Below the pieces are notes generated by a model. The model was not told where the DNA came from. It saw nothing but the letters and a program-made list of their open reading frames with translations, and made no database searches. Below, one piece after another: positions 1 to 12,927 of a DNA stretch of 64,000 nucleotides (positions are counted from its first letter, which is position 1; each line of letters opens with the position of its first letter). The position numbers were made by a program, and so were the translations under genes. Source of the DNA: Tubulanus polymorphus (taxonomy: Eukaryota; Animalia; Nemertea); assembly GCF_964204645.1 (NCBI RefSeq), contig NC_134030.1:6242778-6306777 (forward strand), written 5' to 3'.

Positions 1-929
1 TTCGTTCATGAAATTTTTTCGTTGTGCAAATCCGACGAACCGCACTGAGGATAACGCCGTGCATGCACCCTTTGTATTTTGTGCATGTACAGCAGGCCCT
101 ACCTCGGTGATGCACCATAACCACTAATGAAATAGAAACATGGTTTGCGATAAGATGAATCTTATTTTCTTATTCATGAATAAGAAAATGGTTTAAAGCT
201 GATTCTAGTGTATGTACGTACCATGTTTCGCACAAGGGCCGAAACACATAGGACTGATAGGATGGAACTCAATTTATTTCTTTAAGGTTATACAATAAGT
301 GTATGGCCTACTGTTCAAAGAGCTGCAACAAACTTAAGAAGTGTGTTAAGATTCTGTCTATAATTACGGCTATTAAGCCGAAGTGCCACAAAGATTAGTT
401 CTTCTTGAAATCCGTCCTGTGTGTCTGCGGAAAAAAATGAACATATATTGTTCTAAACTAAAAACTAAAAACGTTCCTTAATAGACGTGAGACCAATGGT
501 CACTGTTATATTTTTTCTATAATTTTAGATAAGTGGTCAGGAAACCGGTGACCAGGTCAAAAACCGAGGATATTGAGATCTGAAACTCTAACGAAAGATG
601 TTCCGAGCATTCGCAACATCATCACAGGAATTAGCATGGAAAAAGATTTTCGGCAGTAGGGCAGCCTCCTCTACTCGTAAATTAATGGAAATTGGAAGCA
701 GTTGGTGGCGATATTAGATATATATGAAAACTTTTTTATGATGTAGGTTCTAAGAGTTCCGAGTCTGATAACGATGTGATGGCTATTGGTTTGCTGCTGT
801 TGTTGAACCAAGTGTTCCATGATGTGTCGGACAAATGTTACAGGAAAATATCTCTCAGGTTCGTAATATATTGATTGACTTGTGAGATGCATTAGACTTC
901 ATTTACCTGGGAGTCGAAATGATCCTGAT

Positions 930-1199
930 CAGAGGCAGATCCAGAGCCCTATCTTGAAGGGGTTCTAAATTGTCACAAGGGCACTCACTATTGCGGGAGG
1001 GCGCTTTCTATGTCAAATTTCGGCAAAAAAAGGGCACTTAACATCAAACTTGTGGTTTTCAGGAGCACTTTCTACGCCAAATCATGCCAAACAAGGACAC
1101 TTTTATGTCAAATCCATGGATTTAGGGGCATTTCCAAGGGGCACAGACAAAGCTCGACGGTATCCCAGAACCCTCGGAACCCCCGCTGGATCCGCCCTG
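930..1199. mobile_element. MITE, CAGGGGCGGATCCAG-type TIR family, 5-bp TSD
   Basis: Left end CAGAGGCAGATCCAG (930), right end CTGGATCCGCCCTG (to 1199). Flanked on both sides by CTGAT (925-929 and 1200-1204). No coding capacity. Confidence 0.8.
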
Positions 1200-1384
1200 C
1201 TGATTGTTGTGTGCCATGGACTCTGCTTGCGACGGTGCTGATCTCATCAGATTATTGTGTACCCCGTATTCTGATTACCTCCAGATTATCACCTGCCCCA
1301 CAAAAGACTCCACATTAATCTGGAGTTGTTTGCCTTTTTATGTTCCTCAGCCTCTACTCATCGCGCATGCCTTGCAGCCTTCGA

Positions 1385-2014
1385 GGTGGATCTAGGAGCA
1401 GAATTTGACAGGAGCACAAAGAAATATAAAGGGCATATACACTGATAAAGGGCAAGTTAAACTCTGTATCCTGGCAGACCAAAACAAGGGCGTAAAAAGT
1501 TTTGAAATTTTAGTGCGTTTTCATACAATTTCTAGGAACTTAAGGGACATACGGTAAGGAATTTTAGCTGAATCCTGTGCTGGACTGCTGTCTTATAAGT
1601 TGCGGGTGGAAAAAATGCCCTGAATTGCCATTGTATCTCCAAAAGGGCACAGGAAAATTGCCGGTCCTGTCTGGACCGTCCCGGCTATTTCTTTGGATTT
1701 TCGCATACCCCAAACTCCAATTACCCTGGAATCGATTTTGGATTATTACTTGCCCTGAACTCAAGTTAATTCAAGGCAATGCATTCCTGCGTAACAGTTA
1801 CACAGGAATGCATTGCCTTGAATTATCACACCCCAACTGACAATATGTATAATGACCCACTACTACCGTATATTTTCATTTTTGATTTTATTTTGCAGGC
1901 TGTGGAAGTTGTGTTAATGAAAACTATCCAGTTATTCAGAAAACAATTCTAGAATCAGTCAAGCAAAAACAACTTCTGAAGAATGTCGACAACTAACTTT
2001 TATGGGTCCCAGTT
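1385..2014 (+). repeat. ~600-bp direct repeat, copy 1 (5' half is a MITE-family fragment)
   Basis: GCAGAATTTGACAGGAGCACAAAGAAATATAAAGGGCATA...TTTTATGG(G)TCCCAGTT is repeated at ~3437-4003. Its first ~260 nt also match the reverse complement of 59703-60027. Confidence 0.9.
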
Positions 2015-3436
2015 AAGTTTTACAGGGTCATAGCGAGTCTCTACAAAGTGCTTGTTCTTACTTTGTCTCAATCTCACTATGAACCATATTCAATTTGAAT
2101 AAATTCTAAAAGGCTCCAGTACCTAATTCCACCGCTGTCAGTTTGTTTTTGCTTCATGTCGTTTGGATCTTGGTTTCTTAAGACTAATCCTGCTATTAGG
2201 TTGTTCGTTTAACCTCACAATGGAACAGCCTTTGAAGTGTTGCCTGCACCCTGTAAGCAGCCACACACCAGGACTCGAACCCGCTCATTACTCATTACAT
2301 TTGTCACTCATTTCTGTCACACCTTATGCTGCTGAGGCTCCTCGGTGAAATTTCACTCTTGTAAAGTTTAGTAGTTCATTTCCTCTATATTCATTGTAAA
2401 CAACAACTTTGGAACTGTGGTAAATGGTTTCCAAGGACATCAACGAGGATCCCCGTTTGGCGGACGCCCCAGGCCAAACAGGACATGATAGAACATATGT
2501 TTTTAACATATGTCCATGGGTAGAATAATCATATTCACTAAGAGGTGAAAAATATTTTCAAGAGGTGTTGGCTCTTGTCCAATGTTCCAGTTGCCGGGCA
2601 ACAAGTAACACTGAAGAAAATATCAAACTTATTCGTTTTGGAAGAATATACATTAACGATAATGTCTTAAAAGGTCAATTTTGTGTGCCATGCTTGTGTC
2701 AGAGCGAGATTTGTTTATTTGGCTATGATTTTATTCGATTATGATGTGCATGTTAATTAGTTATGGGAAAGAGTTGCTTTCTTGGTAGTGTCTTATTCAT
2801 ATCGGATTATTACTGTAGGATTTTTAATTATGTCTAGTGTCTGGACTAGGCATATTTTATAGACAATATGAAAGCCAATAATGCATAAATTGTATTAACA
2901 ACTGTATTAACTTTTTAGATTTTGTGAATTTTATTAGTTTATTTTAGTAATAGGGTATCTTGTAACAAATTATTGACATTTAACATTAGGACAATTAATG
3001 TACTTAATTAATACTAGATTTATTACTCTGATCTGAAAGATCAAAATTATTTTACTATCGTTAAAACGATTTTCTTGAGAAAGATGGATGTTATATAGTT
3101 ATTAGGTACAAATCTTATTAGTAGGGATTACTGTTGGTCACAGGAATGTGAACAACAGCAGGATGCAGGGGTTTAAGTATGCAGGATCTGTGATGCAAAC
3201 CAGATGTTGGTTGCATCACAAGATCCACGAGATATTAGAGAGAGTTTTGGAGGGAACATGGGAGTCGAGAGATCATTTGCTTGGGCAAGACGTATTTAAG
3301 AATGAAATACCGGTATGTGAAGAGCGGAGTTTTCGTTATGAGGATCCGAGCAAACCACATATCTCACGAACGGACCAAGGACATCAACGAGGATCTCCGT
3401 TTGGCAAAGACGCCCGGTCCAAACACGACGCCAGGG

Positions 3437-4003
3437 GCAGAATTTGACAGGAGCACAAAGAAATATAAAGGGCATATATACACTGATAAAGGGCAATTTA
3501 AACTCTGTATCCTGGCAGCCAAAACAAGGGCCTAAAAACTTATTGAAATTTCAGTGCGTTTTCATACAATTTCTAGGAACTTGAGGGACATAAGGAATTT
3601 TAGCTGAATCCTGTGCTGGACTGCTGTTGCGGGTGGGAAAATGCCCTGAAAAATATTGCCATTGTATCTCCAAAAGGGCACGGGAAAATTGCTGGTCCTT
3701 TCTGGACCGTCCCGGCTATCCTTTGGATTTTCGCATGCCCCAAACTCCAATTACCCTGGAATCGATTTTGGATTATCACTTGCCCTGAATTCTGCTTACG
3801 CAGGAATGGATTGCCTTGAATTATCACACCCCAACATGTATAACCCAAGTCTACTACTGTATATTTTCATGTTTGATTTTATTTTGCAGGCTGAGAAGGT
3901 GTGTTAATGAAAACCATCCAGTCATTCAGAAAACAATTCTAGAATCAGTCAATCAAAAATAACTTCTGAAGAATGTCGACACCTAATTTTTATGGTCCCA
4001 GTT
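3437..4003 (+). repeat. ~600-bp direct repeat, copy 2
   Basis: Colinear, highly similar copy of 1397-2014 with small indels. This explains the paired spurious ORFs 1577/3656 and 1564/3600. Confidence 0.9.
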
Positions 4004-4861
4004 GCCGGCGCGGCAGTCGCGGCTCTACCACCTAGACCCGGACCACTTTCGAACTGAGTAATGAGCTCGCTGAAAGTGGTCTTAAGACTGGTCTCGGTTG
4101 TAAAATTCGCTATAGAACTAAGTTGGTCTTGGACTGGTCTTGGGTCTAAGCTGTGCAACTATGCAACTAGCTCCCGTTGGCACCGGTATAAAAAGCCGTT
4201 TATGATGAACTATAATCGACGAAGACTTCTTTATTTTCAAAAAAACCAACGTTTTGTTTCGTTTTTATGTTTCTTTTTGTCTGAAATCTCTCAATGAAGC
4301 CAAAAGTAATCAGTTGTTGGTTCGTAATACTGAAATAGTAACGGTACAAGGACTTTGAATCAAAATTATTCCTCGGCAGATTTGAACGAAGGCGCGCGCC
4401 GGCGGCGGCGGCCAGATGTCGGGCCCGCGCGAGGTGCCTAAGCTAAGGAACCGCGCAATTACTAAGATTGTGCCCGGCTGGCCGGTAGGTGCTAGTTCAG
4501 GTTACAGAGTCTTAGAAAACCAACGTCTGAACGATGTAATATAAGATCGACGAAAGGACAGATGGCCATTACCCTGCGTCGATAACTATGGTCGAGATGT
4601 AGCAATAAAATTTAATCTTGAATTGAATTGAATTGTCCGCCGCAGATCCGAATCCGATACCGAGGATTAGTGGCGCAATCACTGGGGAATACCGGCTCGG
4701 GATTCCGATCCCTGCGAGGTCTGAAATTTCCCCGACTGACGTAAGAAAAAAACACATTTGTCACTGGAAAATAATTTCATAATCAAAATCGTGATTGCTA
4801 CCGCTGGAATATTTTAATTTTGAAATGAGGACAAGTGTAACAAGAGTCTGCTCTAACAAAG

Positions 4862-7800
4862 ATGGATGTAAATTTACGAGAACAAATATTTCATAACGCC
4901 GTCAGAGAATATATCGTAAGTTTACAATACAAAAAACTCGTCTACTTTTATAATTTAATCAATCTCAAATGAATTTTTATTGAATTCACTTTACTTGTAT
5001 TCGATCATTATATATTTTTTCAGATCTCTCTTTTGCTGTTTATTTTACTGTATGTCAGTTCATATGCAACGATTTGTGCATTTCGCAGGAGGGCGGATAG
5101 AGAAGATTGCTATTCGGGTAAGAATTAAGAAGTGTGGAGCTGTTGACTTGTTAATGTTGTATTAGATTAGGCAGTGGATATTTTGCCAATGCGCGGTAAT
5201 ATTCCTGTTAAAACTATTTTACTGATAGCTCGTTTCGATTGGCTAATTTTACGCTGCTCATGCGCATTGAGTTGTGCGACTAAGACAATTCAAGGAAATT
5301 GTGGAGAACAGAGTTAGAGTATATAATAGAGCAGATATTTGAACCCGGGCCTCTTTCCAGTAGACCGAGGCTTGTTAAATATCAACCAAGATTATTATTA
5401 GTATATCTTATTATATAGTCGGCAAAATAGTGCTGCAGCAGCAAAATATCCACTTTCTAAAATTAAGTCTTCCAATTAGAAGATTAATTGATACCCAAAT
5501 ATACTAGTCTAGACAGGTTTTAAAACATCTTGATATTGGTTTTCAGGTGATGATGAAGATGCAATGGTATACAGAATCGCGTAAGTTTTACAGGGCTGAT
5601 AGCAAGTCTCCGCGAAGTGCTTGTGCTTGCTTGTCTCAGTCTCACCGTGAACCAACTGCTGTGGAACTGCGGTTAATGGTTTTCAATTCATCAGTGTTTT
5701 CAATAAGAGCCAGGTCCCAGGTCCCAGACCCGTCTGTTGTTTGTAAAGGACCCGCCTGTTTTTCAAACCAGCTTTTGTTTCAGGGACTGTGACATAGGGG
5801 GGACCCTCTTGTTTTTCAAAGGGCCCTGGCTTGTTAATTTCTAATTGAAAACACTGTTCATATTCGAAAATATTGAAAATGTGTTTTTTCTCTTGCTGAT
5901 TTTAGTCTATGGATTTGTACGTTTACACTAGCCGTTTCAGCTGCTGCTGTTTTGCTGCTACCGATCTCAATTGTCAGCAATGAAGTTTTGATTTTATATC
6001 CGAATAGTTACTACGTACAATGGCTTAACTCATCCCTTATACACGGTACGTGGCAAATTCAAACCCTATTATATTATAAATATCTACAGTACAATAAGCC
6101 TTGCAGCGATGTGCTTTTTGGCATGACTATGCCATACTGCTGGTTGGCAAACATAATTATAGCCTAATGAGGGACTCTTGAAGATTGTAAATCCCAGTGA
6201 TTCTCTTTTGTTGTATCTGGCAAGTCTCCAGAAATGGTTAGCTAACAAACTTTGATGTCACGGGCAGCGCCTCTTCTGTAGGCACATCCTACTGGATCCA
6301 AATGGATCCAGTTCCACTGCAATGATTAATTAACCGTTTTGATTTATTTCTATGATTCAGGTTTATGGAATCACGTTTTCCTTTGCTCGAATCTGTCTCT
6401 GTTTATTTTGATGCCTTTCGCTTATTTCTTCACGGAATCGGAAGGACTTGCGGGTTCGAGAAAGGTACTGTTTGTTAACTGTATATTTATGTATATATCT
6501 AAATTTGTGTCGCTACCATCAAAAGCCAGCGTCATTAGTTAGTCAGTAACTTGATTGTAGTATAGTTTGACAATTGCAAATACGTATGTGGAAGCTTATC
6601 TGACATCAAGTTTGCTACCTTATTCACTTAAAAAACTACACAGAAGTAAATGGGTCATCAATTGGATTGGTCATTTGGATGATTCATCCTTATCAGCCAG
6701 ACTGCTTTGATGATTACTTAGTACAGTAACATGATTTTGTTTTTCCCACCACGTTGATTTGGTCTCAATATTTCACTTGAAATTCTACATCCACTGTACA
6801 GTCAATAGTTTACCGTGTCAAGTTTGCTTTTCGCAATTGAGACGCGATGTTTGCCAAGAAAATTATGTAATCAAATATTCAAGCACGTTAACCGCTCTAT
6901 TTGTATAAGTACTTCGGTTCCGAGTACCCGGTAATCTTGAATTCAAAGTTCAAACTTCGCTGTGTTGACCTTGGAATCTATCCTGTTTTTACGTTTCACT
7001 GAAATGAAGATGTTCAAAACAGCATATTCAACGAATTATGAAAAAAAAATAGCTATTCATTTCTGACTGATTTATGATTTTTTATACTTATATTTGACAT
7101 TGTAGGGGATAATGGCTCGCGTGTATGAAACATCGATAGTACTATTACTACTAGCAGTGTTAGTATTCGGTTTAGCCTGGGTCGCATCCGCTCTTATCGA
7201 TAAAGACAAATCCAGTCGACAAACATTATTCGGTAAGACAGACCACTAAGGTGTATTTCTCAGCCATCGTTGGTTTTTACAGCGATTTTGATAATTTTTA
7301 TATGTAATTTAGGTGTTTTAATGAGTTGCAGTTTAATCGGTAGGTAACGCCCCCTATTTATTCAATGATAACTTCTGCTGTATATTTATGCTTTCGGTTT
7401 GATTCATTCATTTGTTCATTCGTTCGTTAGTGTTTGTTAATTGCTCTAGAAGCTATGACTCAAATATTTCAAGTCTCAGTAAGGGTTGTAGTATTATTGG
7501 TTCCCGCGGCATGATGAAAATAACTAGTTATTAGCAACCAGTCATTAGGTTACATGATGAAAAACTAGTGTTCTTTATCTAACATTACATCAGGCATTTT
7601 TATAGCCGTACTATTCTAAGCATCTCTGGTGAGACTTGCTTAAAGGCTTATTGATTTCACATGCTAGACTAGGGGACCCGTGTAAAACATTTGTGACTAA
7701 AATACATCATGAGTATTCATAACCAGTAGTGTGAATGCATGAGACATCAGACCTCCTCATATTTCCCATGTTCTGTGCTTTTCTCGCATTCTTGTTTGTA

Positions 7801-10800
7801 AGAAAGAGCCACATTAATCAATCTAATAGTCTTGCCGTATTCATCATTTTAAATTTCCACATTTTTCTTAATGCAATAAGGCGTATTCCCTTGAACATGA
7901 GAACAAATGTTTTTGTTGTGTTGATATTCTTATTCTTCTTCAAGTTAGATTTCTTCACGGTGTTCATTGTGTACTTAATATTACCCGATACTTCATGATA
8001 TGAATTTGACCTGACTCATAAAAAAAATAAAAAAGAACAACAAATCTGACGTTCTGATAAACTTCAAGGGCTCCCAATGAAAGTACTCAATGTGAATGAA
8101 CTTTCAGAATTTCATACCAATTGATCGGCACAAAGAGATTTAGTCCTTGGAATATTTGATTAGTCATGTAACGTACCGACTTGTCTAGTGAAGGGTTGAT
8201 TTAAAGGGTTAGACTGTGCATTCGTATTTGATTTACTGATAGTTAATGAGGGCTAAATCAAACCTTAGTTCAGCACACAAAAAAATTTCAATTTTTCAAC
8301 ATGAGATATTGCTGCGGAACTGAACCAGGGCCCATTTGTAATGATTGTTAACGCCTGGGAACATTTAAAAAAGTTAATATTTATTTCCACACTTATAATC
8401 CTATAATAAAAGTCCCAGGGGTTAGCTGTCTATAAAACCAGGATTCTTCGTTGCGTGTATTTATGACGAATTATCATTTGTACATATATAGTTTTAGCGA
8501 TATACTTTTCAATAGTCGGGAAATTGGTTTCCCGATCTGATCTATCCTGATAAAGTAACCGTGATCGAGATTTGGTGCTGGAAAAAATCAAACTTACTAT
8601 ATCATCCTTATATCGTATTTGAAAAATAATCAAAAGTACCAATACCATAATATCATTCTGATCTATTTTTCAGATGTATGGAATTTGTATTTGCCGTATT
8701 TATATTCTTGTATATCATTGTTGGGTGTACTGATGTTACTGGGTATGTATTATGATAGTATCTTCTATTTAAATATAATTTACCGTTATGTTATGCTATT
8801 ATACATAACAAAAATGGTCTACCGGTATATATTTTGTTCGCAGTAAAAATAAGCTCATTTCTATTTTGCCTTATGGAAATTAAATGGAATAGAGGTTTAT
8901 ACGATATCATCATATTGTGTGTTTTGTGTTGAGTAATACCAGACAGCACCAGTACCTGGGAATATTGAATACTTCCACTTCAGTTGTCATATATCAACTC
9001 TCGTGATCGTGAAAACTAATATCTTAGCAATCAGAATAGAACGCAAATTGATAGAGTAGCTAACAGTTTCCTTATTAACATGAACTGCTGTTTGTTATAT
9101 TCTTGATTGTTTGATTTTCAGTTTGTACACCGTTTGGTTTCGCAAAGATGTTCACCGTAGTGGGAGGTTTAGTCGTTAAACCTCGGGTATGTCATCTATA
9201 ACTCTCATGAAAAACATCAAAATTTAATGTTTATTAATGAGAAGTTGCTGAAGGAAGATCAGAAAGGTGGCCACTTATGTAGAAATCGGGGATAAGTCTG
9301 GGAATCTTCTTATCTTTTAAAAAGTCAGGGAATAGTTAGGGAATTTTATGAAAATGACTGTGTTAATTGATTAGATTCTTAGCAGATTAAATCAGGAGGA
9401 AAACAGCATGCATGTCAGGGAAAAAGCAAGTCAAAAATGGTCACCCTGTCAGAATTAAACCTTCCAGTTTTCATAAAAGAGATTTTTCAATGGCATCATC
9501 TAGTACACTTCCATTCTGTTCTACATAATTAGAGTTGGTATGCATATTCATTGTAGTATCTACGAGACATTGATGTTGAATTGGATACGGCAAAATTCGA
9601 GGAGGAAAATATACGCCGAAAAATAACGCATTTAAACGGTAAAACAATCGATGCTAAGTCACAAAAATCGCTTTTTTATATTCGATATGGATGATTATTT
9701 TAGTGTCTTATTTGACATAGCTCCGACCCTGGCAAATGGTCATAGCAGTAACAGTGAATTACGACAACGATTAAAAGAAGTTCAAAGCGACAGGAGAGAA
9801 TTAGGTATACTGGGCTAGTAAACAAGGCTTTGGATTGCTCGTGCAAAAAACACAATCTTACATTGGTACTGTTCAGTTGTTGCATAATTGCGTCTTTATT
9901 TTTTCAGAAAAACGTCATCAGGCTTCGTCATTACACCGTAACATCGGTTATCCGCTTGTGATGTTATTACTTCTAGGTCTCACGGTGAGTTTACAATTCC
10001 TTCTCATAAGCGTTTTCAATCCGTGCAAATACAGTACATGTTCGTTTGATTATAGGTCGTTTCGGGACTGATGGTCGCTCAAAATATAATCCAGTTACTA
10101 GTGGGGGAAGCCTTGCCTATGGGTTCGTCATCGAAGGTGAGTTCGACAAAACTAGACTCATATTAACACTGAGATGAGCAGTTTTTTGCTGGAGATTGGT
10201 ACCGCAGTCTGGAGAAGTTTATTCTCAAATTTCTGCATAAGTAAATGATATATTTTATCTTTTGACAGGAAACAGTATTAGGGATAACGTCGTTATCAAG
10301 TCTCGGACCGATCGGTGCAGCTCTAGAAATTATTCTTATTTTGTATCCTTTATTCAGAAACAAGGGGCTTGGGGGCCGAAGTGGGTGGAAATCAGAGGAA
10401 GGTCAGGGAATTTTGTAAAAAAAAAGCTAACGGGGAGAAATTTGTTGAGATTGGTAGATTGTGTGTATAATCAAACATTTTCCATCTATGTCTTACATAT
10501 GTGACCGTGTTATTTGATTGAATTCTTAGCAGATTGAGTTGGCCAAAACAACTTCCATGTCATGGAATAAGCAAGTCAAATAAAAAAGAGGTCACCTTGT
10601 ACATGTATGGTTTCGAGACTCTGTCACATCATTCCTCATGTTTCCGGATAAAACATATTCCTTTCCTTGACAGTATTTTGAATAGATATTTAATGCTAGC
10701 GTCAGTTGTCGGATTGTTTAGTTTTAGTAAATATTTTCGACCGACGTTAAACGATACGCCAATGACGATGATTATTGGAGATTGTATTGTGATATTGATC

Positions 10801-11360
10801 CTCAGTTCTGCTCTTCCAGTATTATCCAGAACTTTAGGTAAGTTCCAGAGTTTGGGAAAATGGGTGCTTATTTTACAGACAACAGGGTGGGAGTAACTAG
10901 TAGGGCAACTTGCAGCCCCCTGCTAAATTTAAGAAAATACAGATTCAGATGCATTTAGGTGTATTGTGAGAGTATTCTCACAAATTCAGTTTGTTTTGTG
11001 AAGAGATTTTTGGTCACCCTTTGTATCTGCAGCTGGTCATCTGAAAAAACCCATTTCCTTTGAAGAACTTTCAAACATTCCATTTCATAATCTAAATCAG
11101 TTGTATTTTTTGCAGGGATTACAAATTTTAATCTATTGGGTGATTTCGGCAGAATGGATTGGCTCGGCAATTTCTATTTGATACTGTCGTATAATCTTGT
11201 GTTCGCCGTGGCAACGGCGCTTTGTTTAGTGAACAAATTCACGGCGACGATTCGTAATGAACTATTCCAACGAATACGTAGTATTTTCAAACGGGACCAT
11301 CGATCAGCGGTATCGGCTCACTCGACGTCGTTGAACGGAGGTGTTTGTTCTGATGACTGA
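4862..11360 (+). CDS. LMBR1: Limb region 1 protein homolog (LMBR1/LMBR1L family membrane protein), 15 coding exons
   Basis: Exons 4862-4915, 5024-5117, 5547-5580, 5906-6045, 6361-6464, 7106-7232, 8674-8742, 9122-9186, 9557-9638, 9721-9804, 9908-9984, 10056-10136, 10269-10342, 10686-10837, 11116-11360 splice in frame with GT-AG ends. Peptides MDVNLREQIFHNAVREYI, LLPISIVSNEVLILYPNSYYVQWLNSSLIHGLWN, YLPYLYSCISLLG, SSALPVLSRTLGITNFNLLGDFGRMDWLGNFY match the LMBR1 family. Confidence 0.95.
5692..5856. mobile_element. MITE in LMBR1 intron 3, 5-bp TSD
   Basis: TIRs CAGTGTTTTCAAT ... ATTGAAAACACTG; flanked by TTCAT on both sides. Confidence 0.8.
9264..9448. mobile_element. MITE, CAGGGTGGCCAC family, 5-bp TSD
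   Basis: Ends AAGGTGGCCACT ... AATGGTCACCCTG, flanked by TCAGA on both sides. Related copies or fragments at ~10400-10598, 32491-32640, 58890-59053 and 59091-59293. Confidence 0.7.
10343..10685 (+). other. U12-type (minor spliceosome) GT-AG intron in LMBR1
   Basis: 5' splice site GTATCCTTT (10343); branch point TTCCTTGAC (10663-10671) just upstream of the AG at 10684-10685; no polypyrimidine tract. Splicing here restores ...LEIILIL|YLMLASVVG. Confidence 0.9.
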
Positions 11361-12927
11361 GTTTATAACGACTTACGCCAAACAAGTTCAAATAACATAT
11401 CAGTAATTGTTTTTTAAACGGCTGTGCCAGATGTTTGTCGAGGCTACACTCGCTGAAAGAAATCATGTTTCCGCTATTGGACTATTCTTACAGAGATTCA
11501 GAATGGATGTCCTGGGTTTGTACTGTGGCAAATTCTCATTGCCATCAGCTTCAGATCCTTTTGAGAGGACGGTATTGGACTTAGCCTACTTGTATTTTTT
11601 GTGCTGGATTTGATAAAAAAAACGGTTTAACCCACCATTATTTTGTTTCCTTTCACTCTCTAAAATGTTCCATAATGTTCGTAAAATCTTAATTGGATTT
11701 ATTTCAGTATGTGTAGCGTACAGTTATTTATGGATTGAGTTTATGTTCAAACTGACATTAATTTAGATACAAAATTTTAATTTGATAAGATCCCAACTGC
11801 AATTTTGAGTTGTAAATTGTTAATATTTTAATTCAGTGTTGAGGGATTTGCCTGTAACAAAATGCCTTTGCATCAAATCAGAGTTTTCCAATATTGGTGC
11901 TGAGTTGAGAATTGATAGCAACTCTTGCTATATGACATGCGACCAGTTCTGGAATTCTCGATTTTTGACAATGTTCAATTTTGTCTGGGTTTTTCGCTGC
12001 TACTGTTGTCATTTAATTAGATACTTGGCATTGAATCTCTTTGTGTAAGTTTTACAAAAAGAACAGATTGAATAATATAGAAAAGGAGTTCTGTTTAGCT
12101 TTATGTGTAAGATAGTCATAAGGTGCTATATTTTATATCGTAACAGAAAAATCTGTCTGGCAGAATGAGAAAAAATTCCTCTTGAAATTAAACCACTTAG
12201 ACTATTATCTTTAAGTACTTATGTTCTTCCTCTAAGTGCTTATTATCTTAGTTAATTCAAATTGGCTGTATTAACTGTAAAGTTATTATGATGCATGTAT
12301 CATTATAGATAAATTGTATTATTTGTTATTAAAGGTAATTTATGATATTTTTAGTCATATTCTTGGTTCATTTAAGTTAAGCTGACATTAAAGTGTGACA
12401 GATAATAAGAGAAAAGGTCTGTGAGTCATAGCAGTGTGAGCATTTACTTTATAAAAGATAAAACAAATGTAATATGCTGTCAAAAAACTAATATCTATAT
12501 GTATTTATAATAAAATAAGATAAATCTTAATATGGTATCTTCATGTTTCTTGATGATATGGTTTGAAAAATCTGAGAGATCAAAATTTGGGCTCACCGCT
12601 TGCAGAGATTGGGCATACGAGATACAAAATCGTGTATGGTTGGTACCGTATAACGTTTGATGCAAATAATTGATGATAAGTAAATTCATAGAACTCACAA
12701 TCAATTTGTTAATCAGTTAATGCATCGTTCGATATGGATTCGAACCCAAAATACTCTATCGGCACAAACCCAACTAGACTGGTTATCGGTCTCTATCTTC
12801 TCGAATGGGACAGGCAACCAGTCTAAAACTCAAAATCCAAGATGGCAGCGCCCATGTATAAGTAATTTGTAACACTTTTTAGACGAAAGAATATCAATTT
12901 ATTGACGGATTTAACGTAGATACCATC

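Noticed and set aside
1010-4297. Numerous 60-100-aa ORFs in the first 4.3 kb
   Set aside because: They fall in MITEs and the local duplication, overlap on both strands and show no protein motifs.
4380-4500. GC-rich tract upstream of LMBR1 as a structured RNA
   Set aside because: No recognisable RNA family; weak similarity to ~17980-18010 suggests a repeat fragment or CpG-rich promoter DNA.
6465-7105. ZRS-like hedgehog enhancer in the LMBR1 intron equivalent to vertebrate intron 5
   Set aside because: The intron is only 641 bp, I recognise no ZRS similarity, and there is no hedgehog gene in the window.
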